In this document: piece after piece, positions 38,298 through 47,608 of the stretch
How the letters are laid out: every line of letters starts with the position of its first letter
Position numbering within the stretch: the first letter of the stretch is position 1
From: Kiritimatiellia bacterium
GTDB taxonomy: Bacteria > Verrucomicrobiota > Kiritimatiellia > RFP12 > DVOR01
Assembly (NCBI GenBank): GCA_017531445.1
Contig: JAFXKZ010000001.1
Coordinates: forward strand, 223,037-287,036
DNA: 64,000 nt
Direction: 5' to 3'
Made by a program: the position numbers and the translations under genes
Notes under the pieces: model-generated
Database searches by the model: none
The model's input: the letters and a program-made list of their open reading frames with translations, nothing else
What the model was told of the DNA's origin: nothing

Positions 38298-38306
38298 TGA
38301 TATAAT
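38298..38306 (+). promoter_or_regulatory. extended -10 promoter element (TGaTATAAT)
   Basis: tgtgatataat is read directly at 38296-38306, in an AT-rich divergent intergenic region. The same tttgtgatata context occurs upstream of alaS (3335-3347). Confidence 0.4.
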
Positions 38307-38312
38307 GCGGTT

Positions 38313-38428
38313 GTGTTTTGTTAAAGGAAACGTTTTACCCTAAACAACACAGACTAACCAGTAACCCCACAAATAAAATATAATCCCTCCCTGGAGAGTG
38401 TTCGCATTCTCCAGGGTTTTTGTTTTTG
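38313..38428 (+). ncRNA. candidate small RNA or attenuator leader, bounded by the extended -10 promoter and the intrinsic terminator
   Basis: The predicted transcript is ~115 nt. It has no ORF with an RBS. It lies 140 nt upstream of the PPIase gene start. Confidence 0.3.
38389..38428 (+). terminator. intrinsic terminator (9-bp GC-rich stem, 10-nt loop, T tract)
   Basis: ccctggaga gtgttcgcat tctccaggg is followed by tttttgtttttg. Confidence 0.6.
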
Positions 38429-38570
38429 TAAGGCAAGGGGCTGTGTTTTCCTGTAGTCGTGCAGGGTTTCTTAGAGGAATAGTGTTAAAAGGAGTGGTAT
38501 TTTTGCTATGATAATCGTATTGTTTAATCAAACGCATGAATGTTTGGATTCGCTAAGAAGGAGTAACAGA

Positions 38571-39935
38571 ATGCAGAAGAAAGTATTTTTGGGTTCTGCA
38601 GTATTGGCTGCTGTGGCAGCGTTCGTTGTTGGTTGCGATAAAGTAGAGTCGACGGTTGCCGAGACGTCTGAGAAGATGACCGTGGAGCAACCTGCGGCTT
38701 CAGGCGTTCAGAGTGATGTCGTAGCGTTGCCGCCGATGCCGAAAGATGCAGATGTGATTGCGTCTGTCGGGGAAGCAAAGATGACTTGGGCAGAATTGAC
38801 GGCAAAGGTTGATGAGACCATTCAGATGTACAGCCAGATGTATGGGCAGCCGATTCCATCGGAAGAATTGCCGAAGGCGAAGCAATCGTTTCGTCGGATT
38901 ATTGTGCAGCAGTTCATTATCGAGAATATTATTGTGCAGGCGGCTGCGGCAAATGGCGTTGTTGTAGATGATGCCTACTTTGCACAGGAGGTGGCGGCTA
39001 TCGAAAAGGAAACTGGCAGGACACTGGATGAACTGCTGGCTGCGCGCAAGGGCGATGCTGAAAAGTTGAAGGAAGACTTGCGGAAGGGATTGCTGGAGAA
39101 GCGGTTGCTTGACGAAAAGGTCTTTTCAAAAGTGCAGATTTCGGCAGAAGAGGTGCAGGCTGCACTGGAAAAGAATCTTGCGGAGATCGCACTCGCAGAC
39201 GAAATGATGGCAGGATATGCCAAGCAAATCGCCGAGACGCCGGCTTCCTTTGAAGATTTGGTAAAGGCGAATTCTGTCCAGAAGATGCCGATTGAACGTC
39301 CGGAAGCGGCTATGACAGAGCTTTTTGGCGAACAATTGACCAAGCTGAAAGAAGGCGAGATTTCTTCTGTAATCGACATTCCCGGCGCGAAGGCGATTGT
39401 AAAGGTGTTGAGCCGGACGGCCGCTAAAACTGTGGATTCCTCTGCTGCGAAGGCGAAGATTGACAGTATCCGCGAACGTCTGCTTAAGGGGGAGGATTTT
39501 GCGGCCCTCGCGAAGGAATTTTCGGATTGCCCATCGGGTGCGCGTGATGGTGGTAACTTGGGGACCTTTGGCAAGGGACAAATGGTGCCGGAATTTGAGC
39601 AGGCGGTGTTTTCCCAACCGGTGGGGACCATCGGTGAGGTTGTGCAGACGGCTTTCGGTTACCATGTAATTAAGGTGACCAGCCGTGATGAGGCGAATGG
39701 AACCGCTTCTGCGGCGCATATTCTGGTGAAAACAGATCCGGGCACTCCTGCAACGATTTCGCTTTTGGCACTGATTACGCCCGTTCCTCAAGTGATGGAA
39801 GAGGCTGAAATCCGTGCGGAGATGGAAAATGTGCGCAAGCAACAGGCAGCGATTGACTTCCTTGCAGAACAGCGCAAGACGCTGGGGGTTACTTGCACAC
39901 TTTTCCCGGAACTCGCGGCAGACCCTCTAAAATAA
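38571..39935 (+). CDS. peptidyl-prolyl cis-trans isomerase, parvulin type, SurA/PrsA-like lipoprotein
   Basis: A lipoprotein signal is present (MQKKVFLGSAVLAAVAAFVVGC) with an AAGGAG RBS. The parvulin domain reads GEDFAALAKEFSDCPSGARDGGNLGTFGKGQMVPEFEQAVF ... GYHVIKV. Confidence 0.8.
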   Translation: MQKKVFLGSAVLAAVAAFVVGCDKVESTVAETSEKMTVEQPAASGVQSDVVALPPMPKDADVIASVGEAKMTWAELTAKVDETIQMYSQMYGQPIPSEELPKAKQSFRRIIVQQFIIENIIVQAAAANGVVVDDAYFAQEVAAIEKETGRTLDELLAARKGDAEKLKEDLRKGLLEKRLLDEKVFSKVQISAEEVQAALEKNLAEIALADEMMAGYAKQIAETPASFEDLVKANSVQKMPIERPEAAMTELFGEQLTKLKEGEISSVIDIPGAKAIVKVLSRTAAKTVDSSAAKAKIDSIRERLLKGEDFAALAKEFSDCPSGARDGGNLGTFGKGQMVPEFEQAVFSQPVGTIGEVVQTAFGYHVIKVTSRDEANGTASAAHILVKTDPGTPATISLLALITPVPQVMEEAEIRAEMENVRKQQAAIDFLAEQRKTLGVTCTLFPELAADPLK

Positions 39936-39960
39936 TCTGATTGAATAATGCCGCCCCGTC

Positions 39961-42096
39961 ATGCGACGCGGGCGGCTTTTCTGTTCAATGGCTCGAAAAA
40001 GACGTTATTTCAAGGCAAAACGATTAGCTTTTCAGCGTAAAGTGTCTGAAAAGGTTAAGGCGTTTGTTCCAGAAACTCTGGCAGCCCCGGATTGGCTTGC
40101 GGAGCATTTCACTGAAGAGAAGTTGGAAAGATGGGCAGGATTTTGGGCCGGCGTCTTGAAGCGCAAGCTCTTTCCTTTGCCGGTGGTGTTGCTTGCATTT
40201 CCTTCAATTACAGTCTTATTTGCTTCAATAGGTTTTCTTTTTGGCGGAACGGTTTCGGCTGCATATGGAATCATTGGCCTGCTTTGTGCGATGTTTTTGG
40301 CACTGGTGGGCGGCGGATCATGGAAAGAGGGCGTCTATCGGATGGCGTCATTTCTGGGTGTACTTGCGCTGTTGTTTGCCATTGATCAGAGTTTTATTCT
40401 TTTTTCCTGGTGGGATGCCCAAGCGTATCATTTGCCGGCGGCACGTTTTTTATTGGAGGGATGGAATCCCGTCTTTGAGTCAACGCGCGCAACGCTGTTA
40501 GAGGCGACAAGAGCCGATCCGCTGACATTCAACAGTTATCATACGGCTTATTTACCTCGGGCAGGATGGGTCTGGAGTGCCATCACTGCCGCCTGTACAG
40601 GGAATTTAGAATCCGGGGATACATTGATTCTTTTGACCGGTGGCGCGCTGAGTGGGCTTTCATGGCGCGTTGCGCCCTTGTTCTTTGGGCAGGGCCGTTG
40701 GAAGCGGATCTTCTTTGCCTCATTGACCTTGTTGTCGCCGGGGGTTGTTGCAAGTGCCTTTTGCGGTGCTCAAGATGGTTCGTTGTACAGCCTGTTGTTG
40801 ATTGCCATGTTGGCGGCTTGTGCATATCGGAAGACGGGGACTACGGAGTGGCTGAGCTATCTGACGATTGTTCCGATATTGGGGTGCAATCTCAAGTTTA
40901 CCGGTGCCATCAATTTAGTGCTTTCGGCCATCGTTTTTACAATCCCGGTTTTGTGGGGCGCGTTGCGGGGGAAATTGAAACCAAAAGCCTTTTGGAAATG
41001 GGCCGCGGCGAATGCGGCAGGATTTCTGCTTGCCCTCTTTGTCGGGTTCTCTCCGTATCTCACAAATTGGGCAAACCATGGCGGTCCGTTTTATCCGGAA
41101 CACAGTTTTTCTAAAGACGAACCGTTGCCGGCAATGACGGCAGATTTTGATTTGCTGAATGATGATGCTGCTGCGATGGGATATTGGGGGCGCGTCTGCA
41201 ATGCATATATCTCGAAATGGTTGGCTCATCGATATTACGAGTGGAAGTTGGGGAAGAAACCGTTTAAGCCGGTCTTTCATCTTGATCAAGTGAGTGGACT
41301 GGGAAGTGGTTTTAGAGTGGTAATGTGCCTGACGCTCTTAATCCTCTGCTTTACACGAAGGTGTGGTGTGCCTTGGTTATTGATTGCGTTGTTGTTGACG
41401 AGTTTTGTGCAGCCGACAAAGACAATGGGGTACGTGCGCTATGCTCCCCAATTTTGGATGTTTCCTGTGATCGTTGCGTTCAACGCAATGACTGTTAATA
41501 TCACGCGTTCGCCTTATGTAGGGCGCGCATTGGGAATTGTTGTTACAGCGATTTTGGCGACAAGTACGTATGTGTTTGCGGCAGGGAAAATGGTGCATGC
41601 CATCGGCATGAGCAATTATGCACTGTCAATTGTTGAATCAATGCGTTCGGAAACCGCACCTAAGGCATATATTCTCGCGTTGCACGATCGCTATCGGGAA
41701 GATGGAAGGTGCATGGCGGCGTGGGAAACGCTTCCCCGTGATATACCGGCGCCTCATGTTTTTGACACCTACTACAAAACAATGTTGCCGGAATGTGGTG
41801 TCTTAGATACTGCATGGCAAACAACGGCGCAGATGCGCGATCTTCGAGCTGCAGGTTCCCCATGTTTCTATCTGGGTGAGCACGCATGGTATTGGCCAGA
41901 AGATCCGACAAAGATTCGATTGCCGGACATGCATTTCTATGCCGGGCATCCCAGAAAAGAGTATAGTGCCGGGAATATGCTACGGATGGCAAAAGACGTC
42001 TTGCCGTCAATCCCCGGTTACCTTTGGCGAATCACGTGCTTCCGCTGGAGACAATTTGTAAAACATTTAAGTGGGGGCAGTTATCGTGGCTCGTGA
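39961..42096 (+). CDS. large polytopic membrane protein, possible GT-C-fold glycosyltransferase (uncertain)
   Basis: A 711-aa protein with about a dozen or more predicted hydrophobic helices and a C-terminal soluble domain. It is translationally overlapped by the next gene. Confidence 0.45.
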   Translation: MRRGRLFCSMARKRRYFKAKRLAFQRKVSEKVKAFVPETLAAPDWLAEHFTEEKLERWAGFWAGVLKRKLFPLPVVLLAFPSITVLFASIGFLFGGTVSAAYGIIGLLCAMFLALVGGGSWKEGVYRMASFLGVLALLFAIDQSFILFSWWDAQAYHLPAARFLLEGWNPVFESTRATLLEATRADPLTFNSYHTAYLPRAGWVWSAITAACTGNLESGDTLILLTGGALSGLSWRVAPLFFGQGRWKRIFFASLTLLSPGVVASAFCGAQDGSLYSLLLIAMLAACAYRKTGTTEWLSYLTIVPILGCNLKFTGAINLVLSAIVFTIPVLWGALRGKLKPKAFWKWAAANAAGFLLALFVGFSPYLTNWANHGGPFYPEHSFSKDEPLPAMTADFDLLNDDAAAMGYWGRVCNAYISKWLAHRYYEWKLGKKPFKPVFHLDQVSGLGSGFRVVMCLTLLILCFTRRCGVPWLLIALLLTSFVQPTKTMGYVRYAPQFWMFPVIVAFNAMTVNITRSPYVGRALGIVVTAILATSTYVFAAGKMVHAIGMSNYALSIVESMRSETAPKAYILALHDRYREDGRCMAAWETLPRDIPAPHVFDTYYKTMLPECGVLDTAWQTTAQMRDLRAAGSPCFYLGEHAWYWPEDPTKIRLPDMHFYAGHPRKEYSAGNMLRMAKDVLPSIPGYLWRITCFRWRQFVKHLSGGSYRGS

Positions 42097-43603
42097 TGTT
42101 TTGAAACGGACGAGTTCACTCTCGCGTTGGACCTTTGTCGCACTTGGTGTAACACTCGCGTGTTACATGGCGAATGCATTTTTGGGGGCGCTGAATCAAG
42201 ATGAGGGATGGTATCTTTATGCGGCACGTTGTGTAATGGGGGGCGAATTGCCGCATCGGGATTTCTTTTTTACCCAAGGGAAAATAATGCCAATCGTATA
42301 CGCCTGTTTCGGTTGGCTGTGGTCGGCGTTCGGTGTTTTGGGCGGTCGATTGTTCACTTCGTTTCTTTCTTTCTTGGCGTTGATGATTGCGGATAGTGCG
42401 CTGGTTTCGTGCTGTACAAAATCTGAGGAACGGAAACTGGTGCGATTGATTTTGTGGTCGCTGCTCGGTGTGAATCTTTGGTATACCTATTTCACATGCA
42501 TCCCTAAAGCGTATGGGCTGTGTACGTTGGGCATTGCAATCGGTCTTCGCCTTTTGACAGGCTTGCGTGAGAAGAATGGGGTAGATACGGTCTGTTGCCT
42601 GCTCTCTGGAGTTGTTTTCGCGTTGCTTGCGGATGTGCGTTTTTCAATGGGGGTGCTTGTGCCGGCGATCGCCGGATGGCTTTGGACGCAGCGTTCATGG
42701 ATGGGGCGATGGGCGTGGGGCTATTTTTCACTTGCTGCGTGTGGCACATGGTGCGTGCTTTTTCTCCCAGAGGTGCTCTTTCATCAAGACGCTTTTTGGG
42801 AGGCGGTTCGTTTTCATGCACAGCGTGAATCATTGGGAATGTTCGGACGTATCGGGTGTATTGCACGACTTGGACGATTCAATCCTTTGCTAACATTCGC
42901 AGGATGCTTGATGGGGTGGATGCTGATTGCAAAGAAATCTTCCTTACGCATGACGACTGAATCTCGTTCCGGGTTTCTCCAATTGTGGTTGCTTTGTGCG
43001 ATTGTCCTGGGGAGTGTTCATATTCTGGCACCCGTGCCATACGATGATTATTTCATTCCTGCGTTGTTGCCCTTTGCAATGGCGATCGCATTTGGTTTCT
43101 CAAGACTTCCCTTCGATTCAATGCGTGCTGCATTGGCAAAGACGGTCTTCTTAAGTGCCGCGACTCTTACTATTTGCGCTTCACCTGTTGCACAAGATTG
43201 GATCGTCTCTGGGAAAGATCGGTTGTGGGTTCAGATAAAAACAAAACCGGATCTCTTTGTATTGTGGGATGTTGCAAAGCGTGTCCGGTTGGAAGCTGCA
43301 CGATTGCAAGAAGAAACCCTTTGGACTCAGGATACGTATTTGGCCGTGGAAGCAGGCCTTAAAGTGCCGAAAGGCTTGGAGATGGGACCCTTTTCCAAGC
43401 CAATGCCTTTGGATACGGCTCCACGACTTGCTGCCTGGAGTGGATATACGTTTGCATTTCACTATCCTCAGCTGTCGCCGGCAGCCGATCAGCGAATGAG
43501 AATTGAGCAGTTGCAGAAAGTCTATTCGCATTCACTTCTTCATGTTCCCGCTTTTGGACAAGGGGGGACGCCATTAACAGTTGCAGAAAGGGTAACACAA
43601 TGA
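42071..43603 (+). CDS. GT-C family glycosyltransferase, PMT_2/ArnT-like (dolichyl/undecaprenyl-phosphate-sugar dependent)
   Basis: NQDEGWYLYAARCV lies in the first extracytoplasmic loop and matches the DE-x-x-Y-x-x-A motif of ArnT/PMT_2 enzymes. About 11 TM helices are predicted. Confidence 0.55.
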   Translation: MGAVIVARDVLKRTSSLSRWTFVALGVTLACYMANAFLGALNQDEGWYLYAARCVMGGELPHRDFFFTQGKIMPIVYACFGWLWSAFGVLGGRLFTSFLSFLALMIADSALVSCCTKSEERKLVRLILWSLLGVNLWYTYFTCIPKAYGLCTLGIAIGLRLLTGLREKNGVDTVCCLLSGVVFALLADVRFSMGVLVPAIAGWLWTQRSWMGRWAWGYFSLAACGTWCVLFLPEVLFHQDAFWEAVRFHAQRESLGMFGRIGCIARLGRFNPLLTFAGCLMGWMLIAKKSSLRMTTESRSGFLQLWLLCAIVLGSVHILAPVPYDDYFIPALLPFAMAIAFGFSRLPFDSMRAALAKTVFLSAATLTICASPVAQDWIVSGKDRLWVQIKTKPDLFVLWDVAKRVRLEAARLQEETLWTQDTYLAVEAGLKVPKGLEMGPFSKPMPLDTAPRLAAWSGYTFAFHYPQLSPAADQRMRIEQLQKVYSHSLLHVPAFGQGGTPLTVAERVTQ

Positions 43604-46600
43604 GAAAAACGATTCTTCAATGTGTCGTCGCACTCGTCTCCGGTTTCCTGTTGGCATCTCTGTGGGCACCTTTTAACCAGATGGGTAATGTTTGGTTTGC
43701 GTTGGTCCCCCTCTTATTGCTTTTGAGACAAGCATTGACATTGAGGCGGGCGTTCCTGTTGGGTTGGCTTACAGGATTTGTTTCATGGGGTATTCAACTC
43801 TTTTGGATGCTGAGCCTAACGGAAAATGGAGGCCCATGGCCTTTGGTGATTCCTGCGTGGGTTGGATTGAGTGCAGTGCTCGCGTTGTATTTTGCACTGT
43901 TTGCCTTGCTTTGTGCATTCCTAAGACAGAAAGTGGTACAAGGGCAAGGCGTGTTGCGAATTGCGGCGGTCGTACTGTTAGAGCCTGCTCTTTGGGCAGG
44001 AATAGAATGTTTACGTGGTACACTTTTGACCGGTTTTGCCTGGAATCCACTTGGATTGGCAACGGTTTCACTATTGCCGGTTTCCCAATTGGCAGCTTGG
44101 GGCGGGGCGGTGGCCGTGAGTGCTTTAGTCGTTGCAGTCAATGGCGCAGTAACGTCTTTAGTTGAACGCATCTGGCGTAACCTTACGTATCGGGCGCCTG
44201 TGAATTGGAAAGAAAAACTCTGTCTTTCTTTAGAATGTGTTCTACCGTTTATGGTATTACTGGTGCTCTTTTTTGCCGGGTATACACGCATGGAATGTTA
44301 CGCATCGCTGCCGAAAGAGAAGGAGGCCACTGTTATTGTTGAAAGAACAGACAATCCTTCAATCTTTGAAATGACGCAGGGGATGTATCGGTCGGTTTGG
44401 CAACAAGGTGAAGAGATTGCCGATCTTGTCGCGTTCTTTAAGGCCGACTTGTGGGTCTGGCCGGAGAGTGCTGTTGTGGAATGTGTTTTTCCGGAACAGC
44501 GTTATCAGTGGTCGTTGGCCGCATTGGCAAGGAAGGCGGAGGTGCCGTTGTTCGTGGGCGGACTTTATGCAACGGCCGATGGAGGACTCTATAATGCGGC
44601 AATGTTGTTTACAAAGGATGGGTTGGACCAACGTCAGGTCTATGGGAAACGTCATTTGGTGCCATTCGGTGAGTATATCCCATTTGACAAGTCTTTTCCT
44701 TGGTTGCAGCAGTTTGTCCCGTGTGGCCATACTTGTGAACCCGGCAAAGAAGTAGAAGTTGTTACGACACCTTCCGGATTGCGGGTGGGACCTTTGATTT
44801 GCTTTGAAGATACTGTTGCAGCAGTTGCTCGTGCGTCGGTTCTTGCAGGAGCAGAGCTGTTGGTGAATATGAGCAATGATGCTTGGTATGCACACTCTTC
44901 CGAGCCTCAACAGCATGCGCAACAGGCGATATTGCGCTGTATTGAGACGGGAGTTCCCATGGTGCGTTCGACCAATCACGGGGTGAATACGGTAATTGAT
45001 GCAACAGGTAAGAGCCGTTTGATTGAGGGATTTCCCACGCGCGTATCTATAACAGCGAAACCATTCGGCTCGTTTTACTTGCGTTATGGCGATGCAGTCT
45101 TTGGAATCCCATGCTTAATTTTCGTCTTTTGTTTGTTGTTTTATTGCTTTATGGAGAAATGGATGCGTAAGACCCGTCTCGTCCTTCCACTTGTTCTGTT
45201 CGGTTGTTTGATGACAACATCCGCACAAGCGGAGGAGTCTTTGTTGCCGATGGCAGAGATGTCGCTTGATGATAATAATGTTACGCTTGCGGAGCGAACG
45301 GCTCAAGTGGTGTTGGAAAAGGTGGGCTTGGCATCGGAGGATCGTGCGAAAGCGCAGGAAGTTTTAATCCGTACAGCACTGAAGCAGGGCGATTGGGATC
45401 TTGCGCTTGAGCGGATTGAAACGTGTCCGGAGCTCCCGGCCAATCGCCGGTTGGCCTTTACGCTTGCGGCATTAAGCGGGAAAGGTCTGTTTGAACAGGC
45501 GATGGCGCGTTATGACGAAGCGCAGGTTTCAATGGAGGATGTGTGGGGTGTTACGGCGTTGCGTTACGGATTATTGGCGGCACAAGAGACAGGCAATCGC
45601 GCACTTGCCTTGAAACGGTTTGCCGAAGTGCAGCAGGCAAGGGGAGCATCGGATACGATTAAAGCCGAGAATGCGTTGGCATGGGATGCGTATGAATCCA
45701 GTGAACAATCGCGTAAGGCTCTATTGATATCTGCTGCACAGGCAGATCGTGGTGGCGTCTTTCTGGCGTGCGCTTTGGCATTGCCCAACGTGTTTGCTGC
45801 ACGTGATGCGCAGCCGGCATTGGACTGTCTGGATGAATTATTGACGCTTGAAGGCCTTTCGACAACAATTGAGGCGCAACTTTCACTTGCCGCAGTGTCG
45901 CTAACCGATTCCTCTCAAAAGAAACTCACCTATGCCCGTCGAGCTGTCTCGGTCGTACGTGAAGAACGGATTCGCCAAGAGGCTTTGCACGTTTTGGGCG
46001 GGCTGTTGTGCCAAACTCCGGAGACGCTTGCTGAAGGTGTTGATTGTTTGAAACAGGCGGTAAGTTTGAATCCTTCGAGTGCGCGCGCACCATTGATTCA
46101 ATTTCAGATTGCTGAAACGTTGCAGACTGCCGGACGCGCAGAAGAGGCGTTGAAGGCCTACAATCGATACATGGAAAGCTACGACATCCCTGAATTGGTC
46201 GTGAAAGTGCGTCAAGGGAAAGCGCGGTTGCTCTTTTCGTTGGCGCGTTATGATGAAGCGTTGGCCGGCTTCCTGGATGCTGCAGAACACGCACAAAAGG
46301 GCGAGGAACGTTTTGGTTTGATGGTGGAGGCGGTTGATGCGGCGGTTGCTGCAGAACGTTATTCACGCGCAATTGAGCTTTGTCAATTCTTGCTTCGCGA
46401 AGGTTTCCGTAAAGGGATCCCGTTACGTCTGGCCAGAAGTTTGGAAGCTTCGGGCGATATTGCAGCCGCCAAGCGGCATTATCAGGCGATTCATGCCGAT
46501 GAGACGGCAACAGAAGAGGAGGTCTTTATCGCAGTCATGCGCCTGTGCGGACTCTTGTTGGCCGAGGAGCGTCCGACAGAAGCAATCGCAGAATATTCGC

Positions 46601-47568
46601 GTTTAATCGTGGAGATGAAACAAGAGGAATTCTTGTTGAAAGCCTATTTGGAGCGTGGGCGTACCTATTATCTTACCGACAATCTGGAACAAGCCCGTGA
46701 AGATTTTGAGTATCTTCAAGTTACCGATTCATCGGTTTCGGAAGAGTCACGCTTCTTTTTAGTGTTGTGTTTGTATCGTCTGGGGGAAGATGAACGCGCC
46801 CGTCAATTGGCTCAAGAGTATATTGAGGCGTATCCGGATTCTCCGCGCATTCCTGATGTGGTGCTCTGGTTGGCCAAGAGCGATTTTAATCAAGGAAATT
46901 ATACGGAAGCAACGCATGAATTCTTCAATTTTACAACGCGTTGGCCGTCGGATGAACGCGTCCCCAAGGCACTTTATCTCTCGGCTCTTTCTGCGTATCA
47001 GAACCAGAATTATTCGATAACGGTTGAACGCGTGGCACAGTTGGCATTGCAGCATCCTGCCGCAAAAGAAATCCCCGATGCCCGTTTCCTTCAAGCAGAA
47101 GCACTCGTCGAGCAGGCGCGTCATGCCGAGGCGCGTGATTTGCTTGAAGCGTTGATCCGCCGTTATCCCAACGCCGCTTGGATTGCCGAAGCTTACGGTT
47201 TGCTCGGGGATTGTCTCGCGTACACGGCAATTGACGATCCCAAGCGTTACACACTGGCATTGGATGCCTATCGTGAAGCGATGTTGCGCCTGGAGGATGA
47301 TTTGGATATCTCGTTGATGTATCAATTCCGCATCGGGCGGGTGTTGGAGCGGCAAAACTTCCGGGATGATGCGGCGGAACAGTACATGAAGTTGATTTAC
47401 CGTGTGCTGAATCAGCCGGAAATCTCTGCGGTGGGTAAACAATGGTTCCAGAAAGCATTGACGCAATTGCGGGCAATTGAGGTTTCCAGAGGCAATCTTT
47501 CAGCGTTTGAAACCCTGTTGTGGCGCGTTCGCCGGATGAAGATTCCCGGGATTGAGCTGCCGTTGTAA
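43600..47568 (+). CDS. lnt: apolipoprotein N-acyltransferase fused to a C-terminal ~800-aa TPR-repeat domain
   Basis: An N-terminal polytopic region is followed by a CN-hydrolase domain (LWVWPESAV, the catalytic region around LICFEDTVAAV, and NMSNDAWY). After the last Lnt TM helix there is an internal signal-peptide-like segment (MRKTRLVLPLVLFGCLMTTSAQA) at 45163. A long TPR/Sel1-like helical-repeat region continues without a stop codon to 47568. Confidence 0.75.
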   Translation: MRKTILQCVVALVSGFLLASLWAPFNQMGNVWFALVPLLLLLRQALTLRRAFLLGWLTGFVSWGIQLFWMLSLTENGGPWPLVIPAWVGLSAVLALYFALFALLCAFLRQKVVQGQGVLRIAAVVLLEPALWAGIECLRGTLLTGFAWNPLGLATVSLLPVSQLAAWGGAVAVSALVVAVNGAVTSLVERIWRNLTYRAPVNWKEKLCLSLECVLPFMVLLVLFFAGYTRMECYASLPKEKEATVIVERTDNPSIFEMTQGMYRSVWQQGEEIADLVAFFKADLWVWPESAVVECVFPEQRYQWSLAALARKAEVPLFVGGLYATADGGLYNAAMLFTKDGLDQRQVYGKRHLVPFGEYIPFDKSFPWLQQFVPCGHTCEPGKEVEVVTTPSGLRVGPLICFEDTVAAVARASVLAGAELLVNMSNDAWYAHSSEPQQHAQQAILRCIETGVPMVRSTNHGVNTVIDATGKSRLIEGFPTRVSITAKPFGSFYLRYGDAVFGIPCLIFVFCLLFYCFMEKWMRKTRLVLPLVLFGCLMTTSAQAEESLLPMAEMSLDDNNVTLAERTAQVVLEKVGLASEDRAKAQEVLIRTALKQGDWDLALERIETCPELPANRRLAFTLAALSGKGLFEQAMARYDEAQVSMEDVWGVTALRYGLLAAQETGNRALALKRFAEVQQARGASDTIKAENALAWDAYESSEQSRKALLISAAQADRGGVFLACALALPNVFAARDAQPALDCLDELLTLEGLSTTIEAQLSLAAVSLTDSSQKKLTYARRAVSVVREERIRQEALHVLGGLLCQTPETLAEGVDCLKQAVSLNPSSARAPLIQFQIAETLQTAGRAEEALKAYNRYMESYDIPELVVKVRQGKARLLFSLARYDEALAGFLDAAEHAQKGEERFGLMVEAVDAAVAAERYSRAIELCQFLLREGFRKGIPLRLARSLEASGDIAAAKRHYQAIHADETATEEEVFIAVMRLCGLLLAEERPTEAIAEYSRLIVEMKQEEFLLKAYLERGRTYYLTDNLEQAREDFEYLQVTDSSVSEESRFFLVLCLYRLGEDERARQLAQEYIEAYPDSPRIPDVVLWLAKSDFNQGNYTEATHEFFNFTTRWPSDERVPKALYLSALSAYQNQNYSITVERVAQLALQHPAAKEIPDARFLQAEALVEQARHAEARDLLEALIRRYPNAAWIAEAYGLLGDCLAYTAIDDPKRYTLALDAYREAMLRLEDDLDISLMYQFRIGRVLERQNFRDDAAEQYMKLIYRVLNQPEISAVGKQWFQKALTQLRAIEVSRGNLSAFETLLWRVRRMKIPGIELPL

Positions 47569-47608
47569 GATTGAGAAGCGAAAGGACGAAGAGAGAAAGG
47601 CGTCATCG

